The notes: a model not told the origin generated them from the letters alone. DNA of 64,000 nt from an uncultured Alphaproteobacteria bacterium (GCA_942491105.1 CALNZX010000005.1:70419-134418), one strand, 5' to 3'. Numbered from the stretch's first letter, positions 52,200 through 62,275 are shown. Made by a program: numbers and translations.

Positions 52200-53740
52200 A
52201 TCTTCTTGTTCCGTCCTTCCCAGTATTCATCCTTGAGTATGTTTTTCTGGATCTTGCCGATCGGGGTCTTGGGGAAATCCTCGACGAAGCGCACCAGCCG
52301 CGGCCGCTTGAAGCGCGCGAGTTTCTCGGCGCAGTGCGCGACGACCTGTTCCTCGCTCACGCTGGCGCCCGGCTTGACCAGGATGTACGCGGCGGGAACT
52401 TCCCCCCACTTGTCTTCCGGAATGCCGAACACGGCGCATTCCGCCACGCCCTCGATCTCGTAGATGACCGTCTCGATTTCCTTGGGATAGATATTCTCCC
52501 CGCCGGAAATGATCATGTCCTTGGAGCGGTCGACCAGGGTGATGAACCCCTCCGCGTCGATGGTCGCAAGGTCCCCGGACCAGCCCCAGCCGTCCTTCAG
52601 CTTGAAGAAGTCGGCGGTCTGTTCCGGCTCGTCGTAATATTCGGTCATCAGGTTGTCGCCACGGCTGACGACCTCGCCGATTTCGCCGGGCGCGACGTCG
52701 CTGCCGTCGGGCCGCACCACCCTGACATCGACGTTGTAGGGCTGCCGGCCGACGCAGCCGAGCTTTTCCGGTAGGTGCCAGTATCGCAGCGCGGCGATCA
52801 CGCCCATCTCGGATTGCCCGTAGATCTGGGTCATCCTGACCTGCGGCATGCGCTCGGCCATCTCGCGCTGCACCCAATCGGGCATCGGCGCTCCGGCGAA
52901 GCTGACCTTGCGCCAGGTGGACAGCTTGTCCGCGTCGAAATCGGGATCGTTGAGCAGCGTCGCGAGCTGCGTCGGCACCATGAAACAAGCGGTCATGCCG
53001 GTGCGCGCCACCATCTCCTGAAAGCCGCCCGGCGACCACTTGGTCAGCAAGGTCGTGCTCGCGGAGGCGAGGATCGCGGGCTGGAACATGATGTTGAGGG
53101 CGGCGACGTGGAACATCGGGGTGACGATGCCAACGATGTCGCGCTCGTCGATGGCTTCCTCGACCATCACGGTGTGCGCGGTGACGCTGCGCGCGCGATG
53201 GCTGCACAACACGCCCTTCGGCCGGCCGGTGGTGCCGCCGGTGTAGGTCATGCAGAAGGGATCGCGCTCATCAAGCTCGATCGCGGGCAGGCTGTCATCA
53301 CTGCCTTCGAGGAAGCTCCAGAAATCCTCCGCGCCCTCGACCGGGCCCGGATCGCCGATGGAGATCAGCTTCTTGAGTTTCGGCAGCCTGTCGCTGACCG
53401 CCGCGACCTTTTCCGCGAGAAAAGAGTCGAAGATCAGCACCGCGACATCGGCCTTGTTGAGCACAAAGGCCAGCTCGTCGGGGGCATAGAGCACCGAGAT
53501 GTTGGTCAGCACGTAACCGCTGCGCGCCGTGCCGAAAAAGACGATCCCGTATTCGAGCAGGTTACGGCTTAGAATGGCCACCTTGGCGTCGCGCTCGTGT
53601 CCCAGCTCCAATAGCGCATTGGCCAGGCGGTTGGCCCCGCGGTCGAGCTCGCGGTAGCTCAGGCTGCGGCCATCGCACTGGATTGCCGGCTTCTCAGGAA
53701 AGCGGTGCGCGGATCTGCGGAGCATATCTCCAGTCAGCAC
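52196..53740 (-). CDS. AMP-dependent acyl-CoA synthetase/ligase
   Basis: 514 aa with a GTG start after AAGGAGA. It has the AMP-binding motif [12 protein letters not shown] and a C-terminal [10 protein letters not shown]. It overlaps the downstream hydratase gene by 4 nt. Confidence 0.85.
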   Translation of the reverse strand: MLTGDMLRRSAHRFPEKPAIQCDGRSLSYRELDRGANRLANALLELGHERDAKVAILSRNLLEYGIVFFGTARSGYVLTNISVLYAPDELAFVLNKADVAVLIFDSFLAEKVAAVSDRLPKLKKLISIGDPGPVEGAEDFWSFLEGSDDSLPAIELDERDPFCMTYTGGTTGRPKGVLCSHRARSVTAHTVMVEEAIDERDIVGIVTPMFHVAALNIMFQPAILASASTTLLTKWSPGGFQEMVARTGMTACFMVPTQLATLLNDPDFDADKLSTWRKVSFAGAPMPDWVQREMAERMPQVRMTQIYGQSEMGVIAALRYWHLPEKLGCVGRQPYNVDVRVVRPDGSDVAPGEIGEVVSRGDNLMTEYYDEPEQTADFFKLKDGWGWSGDLATIDAEGFITLVDRSKDMIISGGENIYPKEIETVIYEIEGVAECAVFGIPEDKWGEVPAAYILVKPGASVSEEQVVAHCAEKLARFKRPRLVRFVEDFPKTPIGKIQKNILKDEYWEGRNKKI

Positions 53741-53820
53741 GGTGTATCTCCTTTCACGCTGCGAAAGCTGTTCTGCCAGATACCGGCAGGGATACTGCGC
53801 AGGCCTGGGTATCTTGACAA

Positions 53821-53855
53821 TTCCAATATGCGAAAATAACGTCCGCTATGCGGAA
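53821..53855. promoter_or_regulatory. Two adjacent IclR-type boxes: a degenerate TTCCAA-TAT-GCGAAA and GTCCGC-TAT-GCGGAA, 20 bp centre to centre
   Basis: Read directly. The boxes lie in the divergent region between the acyl-CoA synthetase (start 53740) and IclR (start about 53877) genes. TTGACA at 53814-53819 is adjacent. Confidence 0.5.
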
Positions 53856-53876
53856 ATACAGATTGGATGGTGGCTG

Positions 53877-54632
53877 GTGCCCGATGACAGGCAATTCGTA
53901 ACCTCTCTTGAGCGCGGGCTCAAGATTTTGCAGGTCTTTTCGCGCTCTTCCGGCGGGCTTTCCAACGGCGACCTGGCCGAGCAGACGGGGCTTGCCCGCT
54001 CGACCATCAGCCGTCTGGTCCACACCCTGCGCGCCTTGGGCTATCTCAGCCTGGATCCGGTCAGCCGGCGCTATTTCCTGAAGCCGAAGGTTCTGACCCT
54101 GGGCTATTCGGTATTGAGCGAAACCACGCTGTTGCAGCGCACCCGCCCGGCGCTGCAGAGGCTCGCCGAGGTGACCGGCGAAACCGCGGCGCTCGCGGTG
54201 CGCGACGGCCTGCATGCCACCTTTCTCGACTGCGCGCGGGGCCGCAACATGCTGGCCGTGCAGATGGAGGTCGGCGCGCGGCTGCCGCTCGCGTCCTCGG
54301 CATCGGGCCTGGCGCTGCTCAAGGCCTCTCCCGAAGCGGAGCGCAGGCGCACGGTGTCGCGGCTGCGCGCGAACATGACCCAGCAGGGAGTCGATCACGG
54401 CCCTTTCAAGGAGCGTCTGGACAGCGCCATGAGCAGCGACATCATCGTGGTGCGCGATGCCTGGCACAAAGGCATCGGCGGTCTGGCCGCCGCCGTGCGC
54501 TTCGGCGAGACTCTCGGTGCGATCACCATCGCGGTCTCGACCGCCGTCGTGTCCGAGACGGCGATGCGCGACGACATCGGGCAATACCTGCTCGATACCA
54601 TTCGCGATTTTCAGCTCGAGCTGGTGCAGTAG
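53877..54632 (+). CDS. IclR family transcriptional regulator
   Basis: ORF 53742..54632. A GTG start at 53877 is proposed (VPDDRQFVTSLERGLKIL...). HTH: NGDLAEQTGLARSTISRLVHTLRALGYL. The C-terminal half is IclR effector-domain-like. Confidence 0.8.
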   Translation: MPDDRQFVTSLERGLKILQVFSRSSGGLSNGDLAEQTGLARSTISRLVHTLRALGYLSLDPVSRRYFLKPKVLTLGYSVLSETTLLQRTRPALQRLAEVTGETAALAVRDGLHATFLDCARGRNMLAVQMEVGARLPLASSASGLALLKASPEAERRRTVSRLRANMTQQGVDHGPFKERLDSAMSSDIIVVRDAWHKGIGGLAAAVRFGETLGAITIAVSTAVVSETAMRDDIGQYLLDTIRDFQLELVQ

Positions 54633-54635
54633 GGG

Positions 54636-54662
54636 GCGCCGGAAACAAGGGCGTTTCGGCGC
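54636..54662. terminator. Hairpin between convergent genes (bidirectional terminator candidate)
   Basis: GCGCCGGAAAC-aagggc-GTTTCGGCGC forms a 10-bp stem with one bulge. It sits between the IclR stop and the dehydrogenase stop. Confidence 0.5.
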
Positions 54663-54667
54663 GGCTG

Positions 54668-56149
54668 TCATGCCGCCTGCAGGGCGGAGAGACCGAGCTG
54701 CGCGCGCCGCCGCAGCCATAGGCTCGGCCGATAGCGATCGTCGCCGGTGATCTGCTGCATCCGGCAGAGAATCTCGTGCACCTGGGCGGCGCCGAGGGCG
54801 TCGCAAAGCTGCAGCGGCCCCTGCGGATAGTTGAGGCCCAGGCGCATGGCGGTGTCGATATCGCCGGGCGTGGCCAGCCCGATCTGCGCCATCTCGCAGC
54901 CCAGGTTGACGACCATGGCGGCGATGCGCTGTCCGATGAAACCGGGAGAATCCTGAATCGCGGTGACCGCCCGTCCGGCCGCCTGACACAGCGCCGCGAC
55001 CGCGGCGCGGGCCTCTCCGTTGGCGCCGGGCGCGGTCATCATGGTGACGCGCGCGGCGGTTTCTCCCAAGGGGTCGATGGCAACCAAGCGCCGGAAATCC
55101 AAGTTGCGCGCGCTGGCCAAGGTCGCGGTGTCATAGCCGAGCGGCGCCGCCAGGATCGGGCTTGCGCCATCGTCCTCGAGGAGGGTCTCGACGCCGGCTT
55201 GGGTGCAAAGGGCCTGCAGCAGGGGGCTGTCGTCGGCGAGTACGACGCGCGCGGGCAGCGCGCCGGCTTCCACGGGGGTGAGCTCGGCTTTCGCGCCGTC
55301 ATCGCCGTAGTCGTAGAAGCCAATCCCGGTCTTGCGGCCCAGACGCCCGGATTCCTGCTGCAGCGCGTGCTGCGGCCGGGTCCGTAGTCTGGGGTCGTAG
55401 CCGAAGGCGCGGTGAATGATCTGGGTAACGGGATAATTGACGTCGATACCTGTCAGATCCATCAGCTCGAAGGGACCCATGCGAAAGCCCCAGCAGTCGC
55501 GCATCACGGCGTCGATATCCGCAGGAGCCGCGACCGTTTCGGAAAGCACCGCCAGGCCCTCGGTCGGGTAGGCACGGCCGCCGAGATTGACGAGAAAGCC
55601 CGGCGAGTCCTTGACCGTGACCGGGGTGCGGCCCATCCGCTCGGCGAGCGCCGTCAGCTGCGCGAGCGTTTGCGGTGCGGTCGCCGGCCCGGCGATCACC
55701 TCGACCAGTTTCATCACGGGCACGGGATTGAAGAAATGCATTCCGGCGATGCGCCCGGGATGGGCGCGTTCGCGCGCGACGCTGGCGATCGGCAGCGACG
55801 AGGTGTTGGTCGCCAAGATAGCGTCCGCGCGCAGGTGCTTTTCCAGTTCCTCGAAGACCGCGCGCTTGGCGTCGAGGTTTTCGACGATGGCCTCGACGAC
55901 GACATCGCAATCTGCGAGTTCGGAGAGACTGGCGGCGCCGCTCAGCCGCGCCTTCGCGGCCGCGGTGGCCTCGGCGTCGAGGCGGCCCTTCTCTTCCAGG
56001 CGCTCAAGCCGCTGCGCGACCTTGGCGCAGGCATCGGAAACGGCCTCGGAGCGGGCGTCGTAGAGCGCCACGTCAAGACCGCCCGTAACGGCGACCTGGG
56101 CGATGCCCTGTCCCATGACACCCGCGCCGACGATTCCGATTTTCTTCAT
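54668..56149 (-). CDS. 3-hydroxyacyl-CoA dehydrogenase (long PaaH/3-hydroxyadipyl-CoA dehydrogenase-like form)
   Basis: ORF 54668..56725. Start set at ATG 56149 (MKKIGIVGAGVMGQGIAQV); a GTG at 56158 is also possible. It has an NAD-binding domain plus duplicated C-terminal domains. Confidence 0.85.
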   Translation of the reverse strand: MKKIGIVGAGVMGQGIAQVAVTGGLDVALYDARSEAVSDACAKVAQRLERLEEKGRLDAEATAAAKARLSGAASLSELADCDVVVEAIVENLDAKRAVFEELEKHLRADAILATNTSSLPIASVARERAHPGRIAGMHFFNPVPVMKLVEVIAGPATAPQTLAQLTALAERMGRTPVTVKDSPGFLVNLGGRAYPTEGLAVLSETVAAPADIDAVMRDCWGFRMGPFELMDLTGIDVNYPVTQIIHRAFGYDPRLRTRPQHALQQESGRLGRKTGIGFYDYGDDGAKAELTPVEAGALPARVVLADDSPLLQALCTQAGVETLLEDDGASPILAAPLGYDTATLASARNLDFRRLVAIDPLGETAARVTMMTAPGANGEARAAVAALCQAAGRAVTAIQDSPGFIGQRIAAMVVNLGCEMAQIGLATPGDIDTAMRLGLNYPQGPLQLCDALGAAQVHEILCRMQQITGDDRYRPSLWLRRRAQLGLSALQAA

Positions 56150-56184
56150 TTCATTCACGATGGACTCACATTTCCTAGGGTTGA

Positions 56185-56949
56185 TCAGCGGCCTTGAAAG
56201 CGGGGGCTGCGTTTCTCGAGAAACGCGGTCATGCCTTCGTTCTTGTCTTCGGTGCCAAAGAGGAACTGACAGGCGCGGCGTTCGTACTGCAGCGCCTGGT
56301 CGAGCGGCGCGTTGTCGGCCATCCGGATCGCTTCCTTGACGAAGCGGACGGACAAGGGCGGCAACGCCGCGATTTCCTCGGCAATGGCCAGGGCCTCGGT
56401 TTCGACGGCGTCGTCGGGGGCGAGGCAGGATACCAGACCCATTTCGAGCGCCGTTTGGGCGTCGAACATCCGGCCCGTCAGCAGATAGAGACCGGCCCGG
56501 AACTTGCCGATGGCGCGGGTGACCCGCTGGGTGCCGCCGCCCCCCGGCATGATCCCGACCTTGGGTTCGGGCTGCCCGAACTTGGCATCCTCCGCGGCGA
56601 CGATGATGTCGCAGTGCATCGCCAGCTCGCAGCCGCCGCCCAGGGCATAGCCGCGCACCGCGGCGATCAGGGGCTTGGGGAAGCGGGCGATCTGGTCCCA
56701 GGTCTCCCCGCTCTGCCAGGCCCACATGCCGATGGCGTCGGTTTCGGCCATCTCGCCGATATCGGCGCCGGCGGCGAAGGCCTTCGCGCTTCCCGCCAGA
56801 ATGACGGCGCGCACCGCGTCCTCGGCGGCCAGCTGATCGAGAAGTGCGGCCATTTGGCGCCGGATGTCGATGTTCAGCTTGTTGCGCGCCGCGGCGTTCT
56901 CGTAGCGCAAAACCGCCACGGCTTCAGATGGCCGCTCCACCACCAGCAT
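56185..56949 (-). CDS. Enoyl-CoA hydratase (PaaF-like crotonase)
   Basis: ORF 56185..57444. Start set at ATG 56949 (MLVVERPSEAV...), with GGAGGT upstream. Motifs are FAAGADIGEM and GYALGGGCELAM. Confidence 0.85.
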   Translation of the reverse strand: MLVVERPSEAVAVLRYENAAARNKLNIDIRRQMAALLDQLAAEDAVRAVILAGSAKAFAAGADIGEMAETDAIGMWAWQSGETWDQIARFPKPLIAAVRGYALGGGCELAMHCDIIVAAEDAKFGQPEPKVGIMPGGGGTQRVTRAIGKFRAGLYLLTGRMFDAQTALEMGLVSCLAPDDAVETEALAIAEEIAALPPLSVRFVKEAIRMADNAPLDQALQYERRACQFLFGTEDKNEGMTAFLEKRSPRFQGR

Positions 56950-56975
56950 GGCCGTACCTCCTTGACGTCGAGAGT

Positions 56976-57758
56976 TTAAAAAAGACCGCGGATGAGCCCG
57001 CCGTCGACGGCGATATTCTGCGCCGTTATGTAGCCGGCGTGGCGCGAGCAGAGAAAGGCGCAGGCCGGACCGAAATCCTCCGCCAGCCCGAGCCGTTCGG
57101 CCGGTACGGAGACCGCCATCGCCGCTTTGACCTCTTCCTCGCTGCTGCCGTCCTTGGCCATGCGGGCCTTGATCACCCGCTCCAGGGCGCCGGTGTCCAT
57201 CAGGCCGGGCAGCAGGTTGTTGACCGTAACGCCGCGGTTGACGACCTCGCGCGCCAGGGTCGACATCGCGCCGTGCAGCGCGGCCCGCACGCTGTTGGCC
57301 AGGGCCATGTTGGGATAGGGCTGCTTGGCGGCGAAGGAGGTGATGTTGACGATCCGCCCGAAGCGGTTTTCCAGCATCGCGGGCAGCAGGGCTTGGGCGA
57401 CTTCGATGTGCGCCAGCATGTTGACTTCGAAGGCCGCGCGCCAATCCTCGAGCGCTTGCTCCGTGAATTCGCCGGGCGGCGGACCGCCGGCGTTGGTGAC
57501 GAGAATGGAAATGGTGCCGCCCAGCGCGTCCTGCGCGCCTTCGACAATGGCCTTGCGCGCCGCGGGATTCGACAGGTCGCCTTGGATGAAGCGCGCCTGC
57601 GCGCCGAGTGCCTGGGCGGCGGCTTCCCCGCCGGCGCGATCGCGCCCGACCAGGGCGACGCTGACGCCGTCCTGAGCGAGATAACGGGCGCAGGAATACC
57701 CGAGCCCTTTAGTGCCTCCGAGGACGAGTGCGCGCTCGCCAGCTATGCCGAGATCCAA
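56976..57758 (-). CDS. SDR family oxidoreductase
   Basis: 260 aa with a TTG start after GGGAGAG. It has LVLGGTKGLGYS and a classical SDR core. Confidence 0.85.
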   Translation of the reverse strand: MDLGIAGERALVLGGTKGLGYSCARYLAQDGVSVALVGRDRAGGEAAAQALGAQARFIQGDLSNPAARKAIVEGAQDALGGTISILVTNAGGPPPGEFTEQALEDWRAAFEVNMLAHIEVAQALLPAMLENRFGRIVNITSFAAKQPYPNMALANSVRAALHGAMSTLAREVVNRGVTVNNLLPGLMDTGALERVIKARMAKDGSSEEEVKAAMAVSVPAERLGLAEDFGPACAFLCSRHAGYITAQNIAVDGGLIRGLF

Positions 57759-57829
57759 TGAGACTCTCCCATTTCAAACCAGCGCGCATCGTCCTCGTCC
57801 GCACTTCCTAGGTCAAGCTCTGCGGGCAA

Positions 57830-57850
57830 CTATTCCGCATAGCGGAATAG
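57830..57850. promoter_or_regulatory. 21-bp perfect palindrome CTATTCCGC-ATA-GCGGAATAG (IclR-type box)
   Basis: Read directly. It lies in the 92-nt gap between the FAH stop (57851) and the SDR start (57758). A minus-strand TTGACC is at 57811-57816. Confidence 0.55.
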
Positions 57851-58729
57851 CTAGGCGACCGGATTCTGCAGGCTGCCAAGCCGGTCGATGGTCACGGTGA
57901 CCGTATCTCCCGGGACCAGATACTTGGGCGGCGTGAAGCCGATACCGACGCCCGGAGGCGTTCCGGTCGCGATCATATCCCCGGGCAGCAAGGTAATCCG
58001 CTCGGAGATCGCGGAGATCAGCGTCGGAACGTCGAAGATCAAATCGGCAAGCTTGGCTTCCTGGCGCAGCTCGCCATTAACCTCGGTGCGCAGGGTCAGG
58101 GCATCGAGAGGGCCGACCTCGTCCGCGGTCATGAGCCAGGGGCCCAGGGGGCAGAACCCGTCCATGCCCTTGCCCAGTACCCACTGGCTGTGGCGCTTCT
58201 GAAGCTCGCGCGAGGTGACGTCGTTGGCGATCAGATAGCCGAAGACATGCTGCAGCGCGTCCTGCTTGGAAATATTCCGGCCGCCCTTGCCGATCACCAC
58301 GGTAAGCTCGCCTTCGTAGTCGACGGACTCGGTGGGGTCGGAGCTGGCGGGGATCGGTTGATCCGGGCCGATCACCGAGGTCGTGGCCTTGGTGAAGATG
58401 ATCGGGAATTCCGGCACGGCGCCGCCGCTTTTATTGTCGAAGCCGCTGCGATGGAACTCATGCGCGTGCTCGAAGTAGTTCTTGCCGGCGCAAAAGATGT
58501 CGCGCACGGGATTCAGGATCGGGGAGAGCAGGGTGGCGCCCTCGACGACCGGCAGGCTGCCGCTGTCCAATTTCTCCTGCAGCCTGGGCAGCAGCGTCTC
58601 CGCGCCGGCTATCAGTGCATTCATATCGTCGCCAAGTCCGGCCTCGCCCGAGGCGTCTCTGACGCGCTCCTCGGAATCCAGGCATCCAATCGCCGTGCGA
58701 CCCTGTGCCTCGAAGGTCACGAGTCTCAT
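57851..58729 (-). CDS. Fumarylacetoacetate hydrolase (FAH) family protein
   Basis: 292 aa with VDYEGELTVVIG, GKGMDGFCPLGP and IATGTPPGVG. Confidence 0.85.
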   Translation of the reverse strand: MRLVTFEAQGRTAIGCLDSEERVRDASGEAGLGDDMNALIAGAETLLPRLQEKLDSGSLPVVEGATLLSPILNPVRDIFCAGKNYFEHAHEFHRSGFDNKSGGAVPEFPIIFTKATTSVIGPDQPIPASSDPTESVDYEGELTVVIGKGGRNISKQDALQHVFGYLIANDVTSRELQKRHSQWVLGKGMDGFCPLGPWLMTADEVGPLDALTLRTEVNGELRQEAKLADLIFDVPTLISAISERITLLPGDMIATGTPPGVGIGFTPPKYLVPGDTVTVTIDRLGSLQNPVA

Positions 58730-58762
58730 GCTGCTTCTCCTTAATTTCTGGGGTCTTCGAAT

Positions 58763-58801
58763 GCCGCGTTCGCGTGATCCAACGGGATCGGCGAACGCGG
58801 C
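58763..58801 (-). other. Intercistronic stem-loop (11-bp perfect stem, 17-nt loop) between the OsmC-like and FAH genes
   Basis: GCCGCGTTCGC (58763-58773) pairs with GCGAACGCGGC (58791-58801). There is no U-tract on the transcribed strand. Confidence 0.45.
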
Positions 58802-58831
58802 TCGTTAACGAATTTACGGAATGAAAGGGCC

Positions 58832-59338
58832 TTACGCCTCGGCTTTGGGCCGCTTGCTCCACTGCACGTCCATTTCAACCTGAGCGGCTTTGAAGAGGTT
58901 CATCACCGGGCAGCGGAGCTCGACATTCTTAACCAGTTGATTGAAGCGCTTATCGTCCTCGTCCGTATAGACGACGATGGAAAGCTCCAGGGTTTCGAAG
59001 TAGGGACGGATACCCCGCACCCCCTCGGACCCGCGGATATCGATCTGGCTGGAGCACTCGAGCTCGACCTTTGCGTAATCGAAGCCCATGGCGTCGGCGA
59101 CACGATTGAGAATCGCAGCGTCGCAGCCGAGCAGGGACGCCAGCGTCGTCTCCAGCGGGGTCGGGGCGGTGTTCGAACCGCCGAGCGTATCGGGCTCGTC
59201 GGTAGCAAGGATCGGGTAGTCGCGAATCTGGCACTCGGTGCGGCTGGTCGCCATGTTGACGGCCTTGACGCTGCGGATGCCGATCTTCTTGGTTTCCGGA
59301 TCGATGCTGGGAGGCAGAATGGTACTGTCTGTGGTCAT
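58832..59338 (-). CDS. OsmC/Ohr family protein (copy 1)
   Basis: 168 aa. TDEPDTLGGSNTAPTPLETTLASLLGCD and LRCPVMN give the two-Cys pattern typical of the OsmC family. Confidence 0.8.
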   Translation of the reverse strand: MTTDSTILPPSIDPETKKIGIRSVKAVNMATSRTECQIRDYPILATDEPDTLGGSNTAPTPLETTLASLLGCDAAILNRVADAMGFDYAKVELECSSQIDIRGSEGVRGIRPYFETLELSIVVYTDEDDKRFNQLVKNVELRCPVMNLFKAAQVEMDVQWSKRPKAEA

Positions 59339-59383
59339 TGCATCTCGTCCCTCGAGTCCCTTTTCTGAGGAATTGCGGCGCGC

Positions 59384-59890
59384 TCAGGCCTCGGCTTTGG
59401 GCCGCTTGGTCCAGGTCACGTTCATCTCGACCTGCGCCGCCCTGAAGAGATTCATCACGGGGCAGCGGAACTCGACGTTCTTCTGGAGTTGATCGAAACG
59501 CTTATCGTCCTCGTCCGTATAGACGACGATGGATAGGTCCAGGGTTTCGAAGTAGGGGCGAATGCCCGGTACACCCTTGGGCCCACGGATATCGATCTGG
59601 CTGGAGCAATCGAGCTCGACCTTCGCGTAGTCGAAACCCATGGCATTGGCGACGCCGTTGATGATGACGCCGTCGCAGCCAACCAGGGAAACCAGCGCCG
59701 TTTCCAGCGGGCTCGGCGCGGAGTTGGTGCCGCCGAGCGTATCGGGCTCATCGGTCACGACGGTCGGGAAGTCGCGGACCTGGCACTCGGTGCGGGTGCC
59801 GGCCATGTTAACGGCCTTGACGCTGCGAATGCCGAGCTTCTTGGTCTTCGGGTCGATGCTGGGAGGTAGAATCGTGCTGTCGGTGGTCAT
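59384..59890 (-). CDS. OsmC/Ohr family protein (copy 2)
   Basis: 168 aa. It is collinear with copy 1 with no indels, and about 80% identical by my manual count. Confidence 0.8.
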   Translation of the reverse strand: MTTDSTILPPSIDPKTKKLGIRSVKAVNMAGTRTECQVRDFPTVVTDEPDTLGGTNSAPSPLETALVSLVGCDGVIINGVANAMGFDYAKVELDCSSQIDIRGPKGVPGIRPYFETLDLSIVVYTDEDDKRFDQLQKNVEFRCPVMNLFRAAQVEMNVTWTKRPKAEA

Positions 59891-59917
59891 TACTTTCAGT
59901 TCCTCGATTTTCTTGAC

Positions 59918-60346
59918 TTACTTCGGAATCGCCGCGACGCCATCGACCTCGATCAGCATGTCCGTATGGGCCAGCTCCGGGACGCGCAGCAGGGTGCGCG
60001 CCGGCGGATTCTCGTGGCTGAACAGAGAGTAGGAGATCTCGTTCAGCACGTTCTGTTCCGTCATGTCGGTCAGATAGATGGTCAGGAAGATGACGTTCTC
60101 GAACCCGCCGCCGGCAGCCTCGAGGATCTGCTTCATGTGCTCGAAGGTGCGCTCGGTCTGCTCGCGCATGTCGCCCTTCAGCCACTCCTTTTCCTCCACC
60201 GGGTCGTGGGGGTGCTTGTGATAGATCGGAATGGTGCAGCAGCCGGACATGAACAGAAGACGGCAGTCATCGACCAGGAACCCGCCGGAAAAGGGGCTCT
60301 TGTATTCCGGTTTCATGGGGATGTGATGGATTGGCTTTATGGCCAT
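59918..60346 (-). CDS. RidA/YjgF/Endoribonuclease L-PSP family protein
   Basis: ORF 59918..60367 (TTG). ATG 60346, with AGGAAGGA upstream, is preferred. NVIFLTIYLTDM and PARTLLRVPELAHTDMLIEVD are typical of the family. Confidence 0.75.
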   Translation of the reverse strand: MAIKPIHHIPMKPEYKSPFSGGFLVDDCRLLFMSGCCTIPIYHKHPHDPVEEKEWLKGDMREQTERTFEHMKQILEAAGGGFENVIFLTIYLTDMTEQNVLNEISYSLFSHENPPARTLLRVPELAHTDMLIEVDGVAAIPK

Positions 60347-60371
60347 TGGCGTTTCCTTCCTAACCAAGTGT

Positions 60372-61688
60372 TCAAGGGAAAATGATCGTCTGGAACCAGG
60401 TCACGATGCCTGGGAAAATCATGATGAGGGCGAGCACGATGGCGTCGCAGGCCAGGAAGGGCATGCAGGACAGGTAGATGTCCTTCATCGTCATGTCCGC
60501 TGGCGCGACGCCTTTCATGACGAACAGCAGCAATCCGAAAGGCGGCGTCGTCAGAGCCATCTGCAGGTTGATCAGCATCAGGATGCCGAACCAGATCAGG
60601 TCGAAACCCAGGGCCTGCATCACCGGCAGCAGGATCGGCAGCGTGATCAGCATGATCGCGATCTGCTCCATGAAGGTGCCGAGGAACAGCACCGCCAGCA
60701 TGCAGAAGCCGACGATCACCAGGGGCTCGACAGGCAGTTCGATCACCCAGCCGAGCAGACCGCGGGTCGCGCCGGAGAACGCCAGGATCTGGCTAAAGCC
60801 GATGGCGCCGACCAGGATGGCCATCATCATGCCGGTGATCTTCAGGGTGCCGATCAAGGACTCCCGCACGACCTCCCAATTCAGGGCGCGGTAGGCGGCG
60901 ACGACGACGAAGGTTCCGAGGCAGCCGAGCGCAGCGGACTCCGTCGGCGTGGCGATACCGAGCACGATCAGTCCCGTGACCAGGAAGATGATCAGGCCAA
61001 GCGGCAGCAGATACTTGACCACCGCGTGCAGCCGCTCGGACAGCGGCACCCGCTCCACCGGATAGGAGGGGGTCAGGTCCGGCTGCAGCTTGCAGCGCAG
61101 GATGATATAGCCGAGATACAGGCTCGCCATCATGACGCCGGGCAGCATGGCGCCGATCAGGATCTTGCTGATCGAGAGACCGCCGAGAGAGGCCAGGATC
61201 ACACCCAGCGCGCTGGGCGGAATCATCATGGCGAGGCCGCCGCTGGCGAGGATCGGCCCCACCGACATGGCCCGCTTGTAGCCGCGCCGCTCCATTTCCG
61301 GCAGCAGCATGGTGCCGAGCATGGCGGTGTTGGCCATGGTCGATCCGCTCAGGCTGGAGAACACCGTGCCGGTGCAGATCGTCAGAACCGAGAGGCGGCC
61401 CGGTACGCGGCCCAGCAGCTTCTCCATCACGTCCAGGGCCTTGAAGGCCACCTTGGAGTGCCACAGCAATTCGCCCATCAGAACGAAGAGGGGAATCGGG
61501 GCGAGGGTGAAGGAACTGACCGAGCTGAACATCGTCAGGGCGAGCTGCTCGAAGGCCTTGCCGCCGCCTTGCAGCAGGAAAATGCCGACGATGTTGACCA
61601 GGACGAAGGAGAAGGCGACCGGCATGCCGATGGCCATCAAGAAGGTCACCCCGCCGAAGATGTAGAGAAGCGGTTCCCACCATTCCAT
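60372..61688 (-). CDS. dctM: TRAP transporter large permease (DctM)
   Basis: 438-aa polytopic protein with PIPLFVLMGELL and LTTPPFGLLLFV. Confidence 0.9.
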   Translation of the reverse strand: MEWWEPLLYIFGGVTFLMAIGMPVAFSFVLVNIVGIFLLQGGGKAFEQLALTMFSSVSSFTLAPIPLFVLMGELLWHSKVAFKALDVMEKLLGRVPGRLSVLTICTGTVFSSLSGSTMANTAMLGTMLLPEMERRGYKRAMSVGPILASGGLAMMIPPSALGVILASLGGLSISKILIGAMLPGVMMASLYLGYIILRCKLQPDLTPSYPVERVPLSERLHAVVKYLLPLGLIIFLVTGLIVLGIATPTESAALGCLGTFVVVAAYRALNWEVVRESLIGTLKITGMMMAILVGAIGFSQILAFSGATRGLLGWVIELPVEPLVIVGFCMLAVLFLGTFMEQIAIMLITLPILLPVMQALGFDLIWFGILMLINLQMALTTPPFGLLLFVMKGVAPADMTMKDIYLSCMPFLACDAIVLALIMIFPGIVTWFQTIIFP

Positions 61689-62191
61689 CAGACAGGCTCC
61701 CGCAGGGCGCGAATGGCGGCGCGCAAAAATTCTATGAAGGTCAGGCCGAGGCCGAAGGCGACGACAGAAATCAGCAGATACTTCTCGACCGGATAGATCC
61801 CGATCGTCATCACGTCGCGCTCATACTGGCTCAGTGTCGTGAGGATCGCGAAGTAGGCGGCAAGACCGCAGGTGGCCGCGGCCAAAAGATTGACAGCGAT
61901 GTTGAGTATATGGCGCAGGCGCCGGTGCAGCGCGTTGAGCACGAGATCGATGCTCACATGTCCGCCGACGCGCACCAGCCAGGCCATCGACAGGAAGGGA
62001 ATGGCCATCAGCGCGTATTCCGCGAATTCGATGGCCCAGCCGATAGGGCTGTTCAAAAAGTACCGCCCGACGACGTCTCCGGCGATAGTCAGCATCACGT
62101 AAACGACCAGGAGCGCCGCGATCCACGCGCAGATCAGCTCGATCTTATCGAGCAGCCATGCGAGAGGCTCTAGAATACCGTCCATCTGCAC
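61688..62191 (-). CDS. dctQ: TRAP transporter small permease (DctQ)
   Basis: 167 aa with 4 TM segments. It overlaps dctM by 1 nt. Confidence 0.85.
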   Translation of the reverse strand: MQMDGILEPLAWLLDKIELICAWIAALLVVYVMLTIAGDVVGRYFLNSPIGWAIEFAEYALMAIPFLSMAWLVRVGGHVSIDLVLNALHRRLRHILNIAVNLLAAATCGLAAYFAILTTLSQYERDVMTIGIYPVEKYLLISVVAFGLGLTFIEFLRAAIRALREPV

Positions 62192-62275
62192 GTAAACTCC
62201 GATCTAGAAATGCCTGGCGAAAAAACTGGGGCGCCGTCGGCTACGACGACGCCCCAGTCTGGTGCGACAAGCGGT

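Larger units (their letters stand above)
58832..59890 (-). repeat. Tandem gene duplication (552-bp period) of the OsmC-like gene
   Basis: Both copies start MTTDSTILPPSIDP and end KRPKAEA. The starts and stops are offset by exactly 552 nt. Confidence 0.85.
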
